DNA of 63,581 nt. Source: an uncultured Alphaproteobacteria bacterium (GTDB lineage Bacteria > Pseudomonadota > Alphaproteobacteria > Rickettsiales > UBA1997). Shown here piece after piece: positions 38,045-47,503 of this stretch (the stretch's first letter is position 1; every line of letters starts with the position of its first letter). Made by a program: the position numbers and the translations under genes. The notes under the pieces were generated by a model, which was not told the DNA's origin, did no database searches, and saw only the letters and a program-made list of their open reading frames with translations. The stretch spans positions 1 to 63,581 of the forward strand of contig CAIRMX010000042.1 in NCBI GenBank assembly GCA_903879805.1, in the 5' to 3' direction.

Positions 38045-39697
38045 CTACTCTTCGTAAGTTGAATACATGTAAGAAGTCACCGAATCAAACTCTGCCGCGC
38101 AAGAATCTACGCGTTTGTAAGATGGATTAATCCCAAGACCACAGCGCAATTCGCGCACTTCTTTTTCAGTAAGACCGCTTAATTTTGCTAAGCGTTTGTC
38201 AGCAAAACCCATGCGTTTTAGATCAAAAAATTCTTGGCGATTTTTTGGCAAACCTTCTTTGCGCAATTTTGCTTCAACTGAAATCACTGCAAAAATTTGC
38301 TCTAAAAACCATGGGTCGTAGAAAGTGATTTGATTGATTTCTTCGCAAGAAATTCCTTCGCGCATCGCTTGTGCAATCAACAGAATTCTATTTGGAGCAG
38401 CTAATTTTAATTTTTCTTTGATGATTTTTAGGCGCGTGTCGGCGTCTTCGGCGGCGATTATCACCTCATCTAATCCACTCAAATTGCCTTCCAGCGAACG
38501 CAGAGCTTTTTGGAAACTTTCAATGAATGAACGGCCGATTCCCATAACTTCGCCAACTGATTTCATTGAGCTGGAAAGCAAGTTGTCGCTGCCTTTGAAT
38601 TTTTCAAAAGTGAATTTTGGGATTTTGGTAATTACGTAATCAATGGTTGGTTCAAACGAGGCCGGAGTTGCGCCGCCAGTGATGTCATTTTTGATTTCAT
38701 CTAGCGTGTAGCCAACTGCCAATTTCGCCGCAACTTTGGCGATTGGAAAGCCCGTTGCTTTTGAGGCAAGCGCTGAAGATCTAGAAACACGTGGGTTCAT
38801 CTCGATCACCGTCATGCGCCCATCTGCAGGGTTCACCGCAAATTGCACGTTTGAGCCACCAGTTTCAACACCGATTTCGCGCAGCACCGCAATTGATGCA
38901 TTACGCATGCGCTGATATTCTTTGTCAGTCAAAGTTAAAGCCGGTGCAACCGTGATTGAGTCGCCGGTATGCACACCCATCGGGTCAACATTTTCGATTG
39001 AGCAAATGATAATCGTGTTGTCGTTTTTGTCGCGCACCACTTCCATTTCATATTCTTTCCAACCGATAATTGATTCATCAATTAGCACTTCGTGAGTTGG
39101 TGAAATAGTTAGGCCATATTCGATAATATTTTGATATTCTTCTTTGGTGTAAGCAACACCGCCACCAGCGCCACCCATGGTGAAAGACGGTCTAATAATT
39201 GCAGGCAAACCAATATCTTCAAACACTGCCCAAGCTTCTTCCATATTGTGTACAATGGCGTTTTTCGGGGTTTCAAGACCGATTTTATCCATAGCTTTTT
39301 GGAAAAGAGCGCGATCTTCAGCTTTGTTAATTGCATCAATTGAAGCGCCGATCAGCTCTACGCCGTATTTGGCGAGAATTCCTTTTTTTGCTAAATCGAT
39401 GGCGCAGTTCAAAGCGGTTTGTCCGCCAACAGTTGGCAAGATCGCATCTGGTTTTTCTTTTTTGATAATTTCTTCAACAATTTCAGCGTTGATTGGCTCA
39501 ATGTATGTACGATCGGCAATGTCTGGATCAGTCATAATCGTCGCCGGATTTGAGTTGATCAAAATGACGCGATAACCCTCTTCTCTAAGCGCTTTGCAGG
39601 CTTGGGTTCCGGAATAATCAAACTCGCAAGCTTGTCCGATAACGATTGGTCCAGCCCCGATGATGAGGATGGACTTAATGTCTGTTCTTTTTGGCAT
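38045..39697 (-). CDS. carB: Carbamoyl-phosphate synthase large subunit, N-terminal half only (first ATP-grasp plus oligomerisation domain)
   Basis: Motifs [40 protein letters not shown] and [22 protein letters not shown]. The ORF ends at ...[22 protein letters not shown], which is the point where the second homologous half begins in full-length CarB. Only 39 bp separate it from the next gene. The start is taken at MPKRTD (39697); the ORF is open to 39742. Confidence 0.85.
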   Translation of the reverse strand: MPKRTDIKSILIIGAGPIVIGQACEFDYSGTQACKALREEGYRVILINSNPATIMTDPDIADRTYIEPINAEIVEEIIKKEKPDAILPTVGGQTALNCAIDLAKKGILAKYGVELIGASIDAINKAEDRALFQKAMDKIGLETPKNAIVHNMEEAWAVFEDIGLPAIIRPSFTMGGAGGGVAYTKEEYQNIIEYGLTISPTHEVLIDESIIGWKEYEMEVVRDKNDNTIIICSIENVDPMGVHTGDSITVAPALTLTDKEYQRMRNASIAVLREIGVETGGSNVQFAVNPADGRMTVIEMNPRVSRSSALASKATGFPIAKVAAKLAVGYTLDEIKNDITGGATPASFEPTIDYVITKIPKFTFEKFKGSDNLLSSSMKSVGEVMGIGRSFIESFQKALRSLEGNLSGLDEVIIAAEDADTRLKIIKEKLKLAAPNRILLIAQAMREGISCEEINQITFYDPWFLEQIFAVISVEAKLRKEGLPKNRQEFFDLKRMGFADKRLAKLSGLTEKEVRELRCGLGINPSYKRVDSCAAEFDSVTSYMYSTYEE

Positions 39698-39788
39698 GGG
39701 ATTTTTTAAAGAGAAAAAGGATGTGAAAATTTTCAGGCGCATTTAAAAAGCGCAGGTCGCAAAAGTCAATCAATCGAGTTCCTAAATA

Positions 39789-40271
39789 ATGAGCAAAAAA
39801 CCAAAAGCCTTAAATTACAAAAAAGCCCTGTCCCGCCTGATGGCAGTGCAGATTTTTTACCAATATGATTTTTTTAATCGCGAAAGAAAATTGGAAGAAA
39901 TCAAAGAAGAATTAATCGAAAATTATTTGCTCGATCCCGAGCTTGAAACCTCGTCTTTCCGCAAAGAAATTGATGAGAGTTTTTTAAATAATTTAATTTT
40001 GGGCCTGTCGCTTGATGGCGAAAAACTTGACGCCGAGATTACAGAATTTCTAAAAGGCGATTGGAGTTTAGATAAGCTCGAAGACGTCTCACTACAGATT
40101 CTGCGCCTTGCGATATTTGAGTTAAAATTTCTGCCAGCGATTCCAGCGAAAGTTGTGGTTGGCGAATATGTTGATATTGCGGCGAGCTTTTTTGATAAAA
40201 AGCGTCTGACTTTTATTAATGCTACACTTGATGCTTTGGCGAAAAAATTTCGCGCAGCTGAATTCATTTAA
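39789..40271 (+). CDS. nusB: Transcription antitermination factor NusB
   Basis: 160 aa. NusB-like helical pattern: RLMAVQIFYQ, ILRLAIFEL, VVVGEYVDIA and FINATLD. Confidence 0.85.
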   Translation: MSKKPKALNYKKALSRLMAVQIFYQYDFFNRERKLEEIKEELIENYLLDPELETSSFRKEIDESFLNNLILGLSLDGEKLDAEITEFLKGDWSLDKLEDVSLQILRLAIFELKFLPAIPAKVVVGEYVDIAASFFDKKRLTFINATLDALAKKFRAAEFI

Positions 40272-40283
40272 AATAACAAAATC

Positions 40284-40862
40284 ATGACCAAGAAAATCCT
40301 TCTAGCAAAAGTCAATTCAGTCTTTGGAATCAAAGGCGAAGTTAAGATCATCGTCTATTCTGACAACCCGCATAAAATCGAAGAATATTCGCTTTTTGAT
40401 GCCAACGAAAATCCAGTTAAAATCAAAATCACCAACAAAAATAAAACAGTAATCGGTACCAGCTCCGGCAATCCGATTCTAATCGCAAAAATCGATGGCG
40501 TTAACGACCGCAACGCCGCAGAACTTTTGCGCGGACAAGAATTTTTCGTCTCTCGCGAAGAATTTGAAGATCTAAATGAAAACGAATTTTACTACGCCGA
40601 CTTGATTGGTATGGATGTAATTGACATGGCGTCAAAAAAAATTGGCAAAGTTTTAAACGTTCTAGACTTGGGCGCGGGCGGGATTATCGAAATTGAATTC
40701 ACCAAAACCGACGTCAAAACCGGCCTTGGAAAAATCGATAATTTTTCTTTTAAAAATGAGTTTTTTCCGGAAGTAAATTTGAAAGAAAATTTTATTCGTT
40801 TTGACGCACCAGAAGTTGTTGAGGATCTTGAATCCAAAAAACAAAATCAAAACTCTATCTAG
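40284..40862 (+). CDS. rimM: 16S rRNA processing protein RimM
   Basis: 192 aa. N-terminal LAKVNSVFGIKGEVKI, an EFYYADLIGM motif, and a PRC-barrel C-terminal part. Confidence 0.85.
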   Translation: MTKKILLAKVNSVFGIKGEVKIIVYSDNPHKIEEYSLFDANENPVKIKITNKNKTVIGTSSGNPILIAKIDGVNDRNAAELLRGQEFFVSREEFEDLNENEFYYADLIGMDVIDMASKKIGKVLNVLDLGAGGIIEIEFTKTDVKTGLGKIDNFSFKNEFFPEVNLKENFIRFDAPEVVEDLESKKQNQNSI

Positions 40863-41109
40863 AGCCAGAACGTTTAGCCGCCTCAATTTTTTGCTTTTTA
40901 ACAAGCTCACGAATGCTATCTAAAGATTCTCTGATCATTCTGTGCTTGTGAACTTCACCTGTAACCGCAGCTACGCTATCATTGTCTTCATCTTTAGCGC
41001 CATCTTGAACTTTCATGCTTTCATTTTCTTCTTTTGCTCTTTTTGCTTTATAATATCTCTGCGTTTCTACAAAACTAACTGCGTGCAAAGGATTAAATGA
41101 TTTTTTCAT
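40855..41109 (-). CDS. Hypothetical small charged protein (84 aa)
   Basis: ATG ORF convergent with rimM. No motif recognised. Confidence 0.4.
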   Translation of the reverse strand: MKKSFNPLHAVSFVETQRYYKAKRAKEENESMKVQDGAKDEDNDSVAAVTGEVHKHRMIRESLDSIRELVKKQKIEAAKRSGSR

Positions 41110-41237
41110 ATGTTATCTGGACTTTGATTGCTTGCTTAAGCAGAAAATTGGCAAGCTCTAAATAGCTTTCAGAAAAGCAATATTAAATAAACCTGCGCTA
41201 CTTAGTTTAGTTAAATAAAAACAACCCAGAGTATTTT

Positions 41238-41948
41238 TTAACAAATTTTATGCTTGAGCTTAGCATCCCACAATTTCCACTGCGGAAAAAAATGATCCAT
41301 CAGCGCGTAGAATTTTTTATTGTGACCGCGCTCAAAAAGATGAGTCATTTCGTGAACTACAATAAATTCTAAACATTCAATCGGCTTTTTCGCCAATTCA
41401 AGACTAAGCCAGATACGGCGAGCTCTCACGTTGCAAGTTCCCCAACGCGTGGTCATTTTTTTGATGCGAAATTCGGCAACTTTTTTGCCCATTTTTTCTT
41501 CATATTTTGTGGCAAGAGCGGGAATTTTTTCTGTTAAATTGACGCGGTAAAAATCATCTAAAATTTTTTTACGCTGCAAAATGGTTGTGGTTTTTTTGGC
41601 GCGCAGTTCAAGAAAATTCTCATCAATTACAACCGAGTTCGACTTGCTGTTTTCAACTACTCGCAGCTCAAATTTTTCACCAAATAAATCGTGAATTTCA
41701 CCAGAAATAAATTTTGGCGGCGCGATTATTTTGCGCGCACGAACTTCAATTTGTTTAGCGCGAATCCAATCAAGACGCTGCGTTACAAACTTTTTAATCT
41801 GCACCAAACTAAGGCGCACTGGCGCTGAAACCCTCACCTCACCTAATGGCGGCGAAATTCTTAAATGCAAATTTCTGATTCTTTTTTGCAGCAGCAGAAT
41901 CGAAATCCCTTCGATTTCGATTTGTTTTTCTGTGATGGGTTTTTTCAC
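41238..41948 (-). CDS. YgjP-like (DUF45/M48 superfamily) metal-dependent hydrolase
   Basis: 236 aa with a GTG start. Motifs RWGTCN and HExxH (VVHEMTHL) in the arrangement typical of YgjP. Confidence 0.8.
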   Translation of the reverse strand: MKKPITEKQIEIEGISILLLQKRIRNLHLRISPPLGEVRVSAPVRLSLVQIKKFVTQRLDWIRAKQIEVRARKIIAPPKFISGEIHDLFGEKFELRVVENSKSNSVVIDENFLELRAKKTTTILQRKKILDDFYRVNLTEKIPALATKYEEKMGKKVAEFRIKKMTTRWGTCNVRARRIWLSLELAKKPIECLEFIVVHEMTHLFERGHNKKFYALMDHFFPQWKLWDAKLKHKIC

Positions 41949-42048
41949 TTTTGAACTAAATAAGTTAGAATTTTAGGGGAAGAATGAACATGCAGACGGA
42001 GTTACAAACTCCCTCTGGCGCTGGGGTACGCGGGTTGCGATCGTGTTT

Positions 42049-44811
42049 CTAAGATCTTGGGTAGAGAATAATCACAACCCCACTACCTCCATTGCCACCT
42101 ATTATTGAAGTGGTGTCTGTGCTATATCCAGCAGCTCCGCCTCCACCGCCAGTATTTGCTAAGCCATTGCCTGCTTTTACTGATGTTGAAGTTCCGTTTC
42201 CGCCTCCGCCACTTGAGGCAGTTCCGCCGCTTCCGCTTCCATTTCTTACGCCGCCACCACCGCCACTCGCAAACCAGCCACTATTGCCAACGGAAGTTCC
42301 AAATGTTGAGCTGTAATTAACTCCCGATCCCCCATTGCCACCAACTGTACTTGAAGCATTAGCACCAACAGATCCGGCGCCGCCACCGCCGCCAGCTAGG
42401 TAACTTCCGTCGCTGTAACCATTTCCACCATTATTGCCTTGACCAGAGGTGCCTGTTCCAACTACAGAACTGCCAGTGTTTTGTTCAGCGGCTCTACCGC
42501 CACCTGATCCGCCATTTTTATTGCCTGAAGGTGTAGCTCCGCCGTGATAGCCACCTCCACCCCCACCAACTGCTGTTAGTTTTTGCGTTACTGTATTAAC
42601 ATCAAATACTGAATTAGTTCCCACTTTTCCATCTTGTCCAGAGGTATTCCATCCACTTCCACCAGCGCCACCAGATCCCACTGTTATTGAATAGCTAGAA
42701 GCACTTAAAGCGTAACTTGATTGATATATTAATCCTCCAGCTCCACCGCCTCCGCCTATTACGCCACCACCACCGCCACCGCCAGCTACAACAAGAATCT
42801 TAGCGGTTTTAGTTGTGGTACAAGTTAAAGTTCCTGACGAGGTGAATTGGTGCAGAGTGTAAGTAGTTCCTGATATTGTTGGAGTAGTAATTGTTCCTCC
42901 GGTACAATCGACTCCTGCAGTAGCTGCAACCGCCGAACTAGTATTCGAAGAAACCGCTGAAGAAGTTCCGCCAGAACCCGTCGCCGTAACTTTACAAAGT
43001 AGAGTGCGCCCAACGTCTCCTGAAACCGGAGCGTAACTCGAAGAAGTAGCTCCAGAAATCGCCGCCGGAGTGCCATCCGCCCGCCACCATTGGTAAGTGT
43101 AGCTCGATGGCGAACCTGACCAAGTTCCAGTAGTTACCGTAACTGCAGTGCCAACTACTGGAGAAGTCGAAGAAAGCGCCGGAGCAACACTGTTAGTTGG
43201 AGGATTTGTAACCGCCGACGTCGCATTGGAGGAGGCTGGGGATGTTGAAGTTCCACCCGCGTTAGTTGCAGAAACTTTACAAATCAGCGTGTGTCCTGCG
43301 TCCCCCGAAACCGGAGTGTAACTTGAAGAAGTAGCTCCAGAAATCGCCGCAGGAGTACCATCCGACCACCACCAAGCGTAAGTGTAACTAGTTGGAGTTG
43401 GCGACCAAGTTCCAGTACTTGAAACGCTAATCGCAGTACCAACCGCAGCAGAGCTGGCAGATAGTGTAGGCGCAACGCTGTTAGTTGGAGCTGAGAGAGT
43501 GCAAGTTCCAGTAATCGTCGCAGATCCACTTGTTGTGCAAGTGTAAGACGGAGCTGGTGAGGTGCTTGCCGTGTAATTTGTTGCGCAAGGAGAAGAAAGT
43601 GCTGTCGCGCTTGCCGCATAAGCAAGACCGGCTTGGTCGTTAAAGCCAGTAACGCTGGTGATTGTGCAAGTAGTAGCCGTGCAAGCACTTGGAGAGGCAT
43701 GTAGATCCCCGCCATAACAGTTGTAAGCAATCGTACCAGAATATCCCAGCGAAGTGTTACAGGCTAGGTTTCCCGTTGCTCCGTCAACCACTGAGCTTGG
43801 TGTTGAAACTCCAGTCACGCTCACAGTGCAAGAATTGTCACATCCACTGCTTGCAGAATCGGTAACAGTTCCGTTGAGGCAGCTTGGGTTGGCGCTAGTG
43901 TCGCTACTACTTTCTCCAGTGATTCCACTACTGCTGACAACACTGCGATTAAGTTTTCTGGTCCATTTCTTCCCGATGTAATCTTCAATTACTTTTCTGT
44001 CGGGGATGGGAAGAGCTTTGGTAAAAATTGCAATCTCACCGATTTCTCCAGTGTAGCCTTTGCCAATTGCCAGAGTTGTTACTCCAGAAAGTAGTGCGGT
44101 TTTACTAGTATCTTGTGCAGCTAAAGTTCCGTTAATGTAAGTCTTCTGACCTTCAGTTGAGCTTTGAGTGAAGACAAAGAGTCTTGGAGTTTCGGTTGAG
44201 TTAGCGTAAGCGCTTACCTTCGGAGTTACGGTGTAATTTGTAGAATTGTGACTGTGCGCAATGACCCCGTCACTGGCGTAACCAATGGCTAGTTTGTCGT
44301 CGACAACATCACTGGTGTCAGTGGTGCTTAAAAAATTTCCAGCATTTGCCGCCTGTCTTTTTTCTAGAACCACAATCGTGTAATCAGTTCCGTTTAAGAA
44401 GCTGGCATCAGCGATTTTTAAATAGTTGGCAGTGCTTCCGGAGAATTTTACCGCATGAACGTAGTTGATTGTGTTGGCGTAAGTTGGGCCGGTTCCAACT
44501 TTGGTGATTGATGATTTATCTCCCGCAACTTTCTGGTCAGTCCAAGTGCTAATGGCAGAAGTGTCATTACTTTCTGAATCTAAGAAGCTGTCTTCCAAGC
44601 TACTTTCTAGCCAAAGAGCGTTACTACTTATTCCAGAGATTGGAGAGGATTTGGTTAGATTTTGTGCGGCTTGGATGCGGAATTTTTTGACTAGGGAAAT
44701 ACCAGCGAATACTCCGGCGATTAGGATGCCGATGATGATAAGGACGACTGAAACTTCGACGAGGGAGAAAGCTCGATGGCGAGGATTTAAAGGCTTTTGA
44801 GATTTTAACAT
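42049..44811 (-). CDS. Giant prepilin-leader protein, paralog 3: LamG, Cys repeats, two 96-aa Ig-like tandem repeats and one glycine-rich domain
   Basis: 920 aa. Leader MLKSQKPLNPRHRA|FSLVEVSVVLIIIGILIAG. LamG at about 43957-44559, very similar to paralog 2 (TGPTYANTINYVHAVKFSGSTANYLKI, DYTIVVLEKRQ, GKGYTGEIGEIAIF). Gly-rich domain at about 42052-42906 (HQFTSSGTLTC...KILVVAGGGGGGG...GGSGVVIILY). Confidence 0.85.
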   Translation of the reverse strand: MLKSQKPLNPRHRAFSLVEVSVVLIIIGILIAGVFAGISLVKKFRIQAAQNLTKSSPISGISSNALWLESSLEDSFLDSESNDTSAISTWTDQKVAGDKSSITKVGTGPTYANTINYVHAVKFSGSTANYLKIADASFLNGTDYTIVVLEKRQAANAGNFLSTTDTSDVVDDKLAIGYASDGVIAHSHNSTNYTVTPKVSAYANSTETPRLFVFTQSSTEGQKTYINGTLAAQDTSKTALLSGVTTLAIGKGYTGEIGEIAIFTKALPIPDRKVIEDYIGKKWTRKLNRSVVSSSGITGESSSDTSANPSCLNGTVTDSASSGCDNSCTVSVTGVSTPSSVVDGATGNLACNTSLGYSGTIAYNCYGGDLHASPSACTATTCTITSVTGFNDQAGLAYAASATALSSPCATNYTASTSPAPSYTCTTSGSATITGTCTLSAPTNSVAPTLSASSAAVGTAISVSSTGTWSPTPTSYTYAWWWSDGTPAAISGATSSSYTPVSGDAGHTLICKVSATNAGGTSTSPASSNATSAVTNPPTNSVAPALSSTSPVVGTAVTVTTGTWSGSPSSYTYQWWRADGTPAAISGATSSSYAPVSGDVGRTLLCKVTATGSGGTSSAVSSNTSSAVAATAGVDCTGGTITTPTISGTTYTLHQFTSSGTLTCTTTKTAKILVVAGGGGGGGVIGGGGGAGGLIYQSSYALSASSYSITVGSGGAGGSGWNTSGQDGKVGTNSVFDVNTVTQKLTAVGGGGGGYHGGATPSGNKNGGSGGGRAAEQNTGSSVVGTGTSGQGNNGGNGYSDGSYLAGGGGGAGSVGANASSTVGGNGGSGVNYSSTFGTSVGNSGWFASGGGGGVRNGSGSGGTASSGGGGNGTSTSVKAGNGLANTGGGGGAAGYSTDTTSIIGGNGGSGVVIILYPRS
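42922..43488 (-). repeat. Tandem 288-bp (96-aa) coding repeat, two copies, inside paralog 3
   Basis: Copy 1: PTNSVAPTLSASSAAVGTAISVSSTGTWSPTPTSYTYAWWWSDGTPAAISGATSSSYTPVSGDAGHTLICKVSATNAGGTS. Copy 2: PTNSVAPALSSTSPVVGTAVTVTTGTWSGSPSSYTYQWWRADGTPAAISGATSSSYAPVSGDVGRTLLCKVTATGSGGTS. Confidence 0.85.
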
Positions 44812-45224
44812 GCTTAGGTCAAAAAAATTTTGGGAAGATTTGGGGACAAAATTTCAACTTGATCTGGCCCGTCAAGATATACTTCTCTCGCATCTCAAAA
44901 ATAGATTTTCAAAGTTGTAGGTAGCTTTTAGAAATCACCACTATCTAATGCGCGCACCTTGCGATAAATTCCAAGGTGACCGAAGTGTCGATTGTAGCGC
45001 AACACCAAATCTAACCACAGATTTGGTCAAGCTTGAAGACTCCCGCACCAACCCTTGGTACGGCCAGCTTTCGCGGGGACTCTCCCGCATCATCAAATCA
45101 ATAGCTAAGTTCCCTTTAGATTTTCAGATTTGAGAATAGTTGTTTTTTCTTTTACCTATCTTTGTCACTTACCGCAATTTTTTTGCGGCAATCCGGTTTT
45201 TTTCAAACATCAAATTTTTTGATA

Positions 45225-47267
45225 ATGCCATCTTTTTCTAAACTTAATCTAAATCCTAAAATTCTTTCAGCTCTTGAAAGCAAAGGATACAACATCCCAA
45301 CCCCAATCCAGTTCCAAGCTATTCCACCTTTACTTGAAGGTCGTGACATTTTGGGCATCGCTCAAACCGGAACCGGAAAAACCGCCGCCTTCTCTTTGCC
45401 AATCATTCACAATCTGGTAAAAAGTGACGTCACCGTAAAAAGCGGCAGCGTGCGTACTTTAATCTTAACTCCAACTCGCGAACTGGCTTCACAAATTGCC
45501 GACAATATTGAGCTTTACGGCAAAGACCTTGGTCTTCGTCACGCTGTAGTTTTCGGCGGCGTTTCTGAACGTCCGCAAATTGCTTCAATGCAGCGCGGTG
45601 TTGATATTCTAATCGCAACACCGGGACGTCTTCTTGACCTAATGAATCAAGGTCACGTTCGCTACGCCCAACTAGAAATTCTAGTTTTGGACGAAGCTGA
45701 TCGCATGCTCGACATGGGTTTCATCAATGATGTTAAAAAAATCATCGCCAAACTTCCTGAAAAAAGACAAACTTTGTTCTTCTCTGCAACCATGCCCGAA
45801 ACCATTGCAGATCTAGCTAATTCAATTTTGAACAACCCAGTTCTTGTTGAAATCACGCCGCAATCAACAACTGTTGAACGCATCGAGCAAAAATTAAATT
45901 TCGTTGAAAAAGGTAACAAACTTTTGCTTTTGAAACGCATCTTGAAACAAGAAGACGCTACCAGCGTTTTGGTTTTCTCTAAAACTAAACATGGCGCTAA
46001 CCGCGTTGTTGAGTTTTTGGAAAAAAACTTAATTTCAGTTGCCGCAATTCACGGCAATAAATCACAAGGTGCCCGTGAAAAAGCTTTAAACAATTTTCGC
46101 GAAGGCAAAGTACAAGTTTTGATCGCAACCGATATCGCAGCACGCGGCATCGATGTTCCGGCAATCTCACACGTAATTAATTACGACATTCCAATGGATC
46201 CTGAAAGCTACGTTCACCGCATCGGCCGCACGGCTCGCGCTGGCAGACAAGGTATTGCGATTTCTTTCTGCGATCCTTCTGAACGCAAACTTTTGCAAGC
46301 TGTTGAAAAAACCATCCGCTTCAAAATTCCAGTTGATGACACTCACCCATTCCATGGTGTGGCTGCAGCTCCTGTAACTAGAAGTTCGGAAGATGATGAC
46401 AGAAGAGAAAAACCAGCTCGTCGTCCATCAAGCGGCAGACAATACGGCCATTCAGTGAACAAAGATCGCAAAATCGCAGCAGCTTCTTCATCTTCAGAAA
46501 GAAGAAGTTCAGCTCCTAGAGACGATCGCAGAGAAGGCGGCAGAGACGACAGAAATTCAGCGCCTAGAGGCGAAAGAAGTTCAGCACCTAGAGGTGAAAG
46601 AAGCTCAGCTCCTCGTGGTGAGCGAAGAGAAGGTTTTGGTGGCGGACGCGACGATAGACGCGGCGCCCCTGCAAGACGCTCAGAATCTCGCCCAGTGGTT
46701 GACCCAAGCAAAAGCGGTTTACTTGATTTCATCGGCTTCGGCAAAAAGAAATCTTACTCTTCACAAACCGGCGGCATGAGAGTTGGCAGAGATGGCAATT
46801 CATCTTTCCGTCCTGAAAACAGAGACAGAAGAAGTGCTGGTGGCGATGACAAAAAAGCTTTCGGTTTTGGCAGCTGGTTCAAAAAACCATCTGATTCAAG
46901 ATCTGACTCTAGATCAGAACCAAGAGATGATTCATTCGGCAACCGTGAAAGACCAGCTGGCGGCGCTTCACGCGGCGGCAGATCTGGCGCTCCTCGCGAA
47001 AGAAGAGAAGGCTCTTCATTTGGCGGCGGCGAAAGATCTTTCGGCGGCGGTGAAAGAAGATCTGGCTCCTCTTTTGGTGGTGGAGAAAGAAGATCATCTA
47101 GCTCATCATTTGGTGGCGGCGAAAGACGCTCATTTGGCGCTGGCGGCGGTGATAGAAGATCATCTGGTTCGTCATTTGGCGGCGGCGAAAGAAAACCTTA
47201 CACCGAAGGCGCTCCAAGAAGATCAACTGGAACTAGAGCTCCAAGCCCTAAAAAGCGCTGGCAGTAG
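45225..47267 (+). CDS. rhlE: DEAD-box ATP-dependent RNA helicase (RhlE-like) with a 300-aa R/G/S/D-rich repeat tail
   Basis: Q-motif PTPIQ, then AQTGTGKT, PTRELA, DEAD, SAT and HRIGRTARAG. The tail contains SAPRGER x3 and SFGGGER(R) x5-6. The start is taken at MPSFSKL; the ORF is open from 45162. Confidence 0.9.
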   Translation: MPSFSKLNLNPKILSALESKGYNIPTPIQFQAIPPLLEGRDILGIAQTGTGKTAAFSLPIIHNLVKSDVTVKSGSVRTLILTPTRELASQIADNIELYGKDLGLRHAVVFGGVSERPQIASMQRGVDILIATPGRLLDLMNQGHVRYAQLEILVLDEADRMLDMGFINDVKKIIAKLPEKRQTLFFSATMPETIADLANSILNNPVLVEITPQSTTVERIEQKLNFVEKGNKLLLLKRILKQEDATSVLVFSKTKHGANRVVEFLEKNLISVAAIHGNKSQGAREKALNNFREGKVQVLIATDIAARGIDVPAISHVINYDIPMDPESYVHRIGRTARAGRQGIAISFCDPSERKLLQAVEKTIRFKIPVDDTHPFHGVAAAPVTRSSEDDDRREKPARRPSSGRQYGHSVNKDRKIAAASSSSERRSSAPRDDRREGGRDDRNSAPRGERSSAPRGERSSAPRGERREGFGGGRDDRRGAPARRSESRPVVDPSKSGLLDFIGFGKKKSYSSQTGGMRVGRDGNSSFRPENRDRRSAGGDDKKAFGFGSWFKKPSDSRSDSRSEPRDDSFGNRERPAGGASRGGRSGAPRERREGSSFGGGERSFGGGERRSGSSFGGGERRSSSSSFGGGERRSFGAGGGDRRSSGSSFGGGERKPYTEGAPRRSTGTRAPSPKKRWQ

Positions 47268-47298
47268 TTTTAGACTTCTAAAGTTTTGACTAAAAAAA

Positions 47299-47330
47299 GG
47301 GATGCTAATGAAAATTAGCATCCCTTTTTT
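47299..47330 (+). terminator. Rho-independent, probably bidirectional terminator between the convergent helicase genes
   Basis: gggatgctaat-gaaa-attagcatccc is an 11-bp stem, flanked by aaaaaaa on the 5' side and tttttt on the 3' side. Confidence 0.8.
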
Positions 47331-47461
47331 GTTGTTTGAAAAAACCTCGATCCTACAGCCACGGTCACTGCCTCAGCGGCAGCTCCCTACTTTTTTTACT
47401 AGAGTCAATGAAATCAGGCTTCTGCAAGGCTAGAAATGTCGAAATTTCAAAAAGAAGTGTT

Positions 47462-47497
47462 GCTCCCCTCCTTGAAAAGGAGAGGCTTTAGATCGAG
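47462..47497. repeat. Solo right-end copy of the CCCCTCCTT/AAGGAGGGG hairpin element family
   Basis: gctcccctccttgaaaaggagaggctttagatcgag matches 51237-51273. It lies 6 nt downstream of the stop of the minus-strand helicase gene. Confidence 0.7.
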
Positions 47498-47503
47498 AAT
47501 TTT

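Noticed and set aside
44948-45133. 61-aa ORF in the long intergenic region.
   Set aside because: It is short, has no motif, and overlaps predicted hairpins. The region is more plausibly non-coding leader or RNA.
46343-47289. Alternative-frame and antisense ORFs in the helicase tail: 46343-46744, 46783-47289, 46909-47097.
   Set aside because: They are created by the repetitive R/G/S-coding DNA. The helicase frame is continuous with the conserved core.
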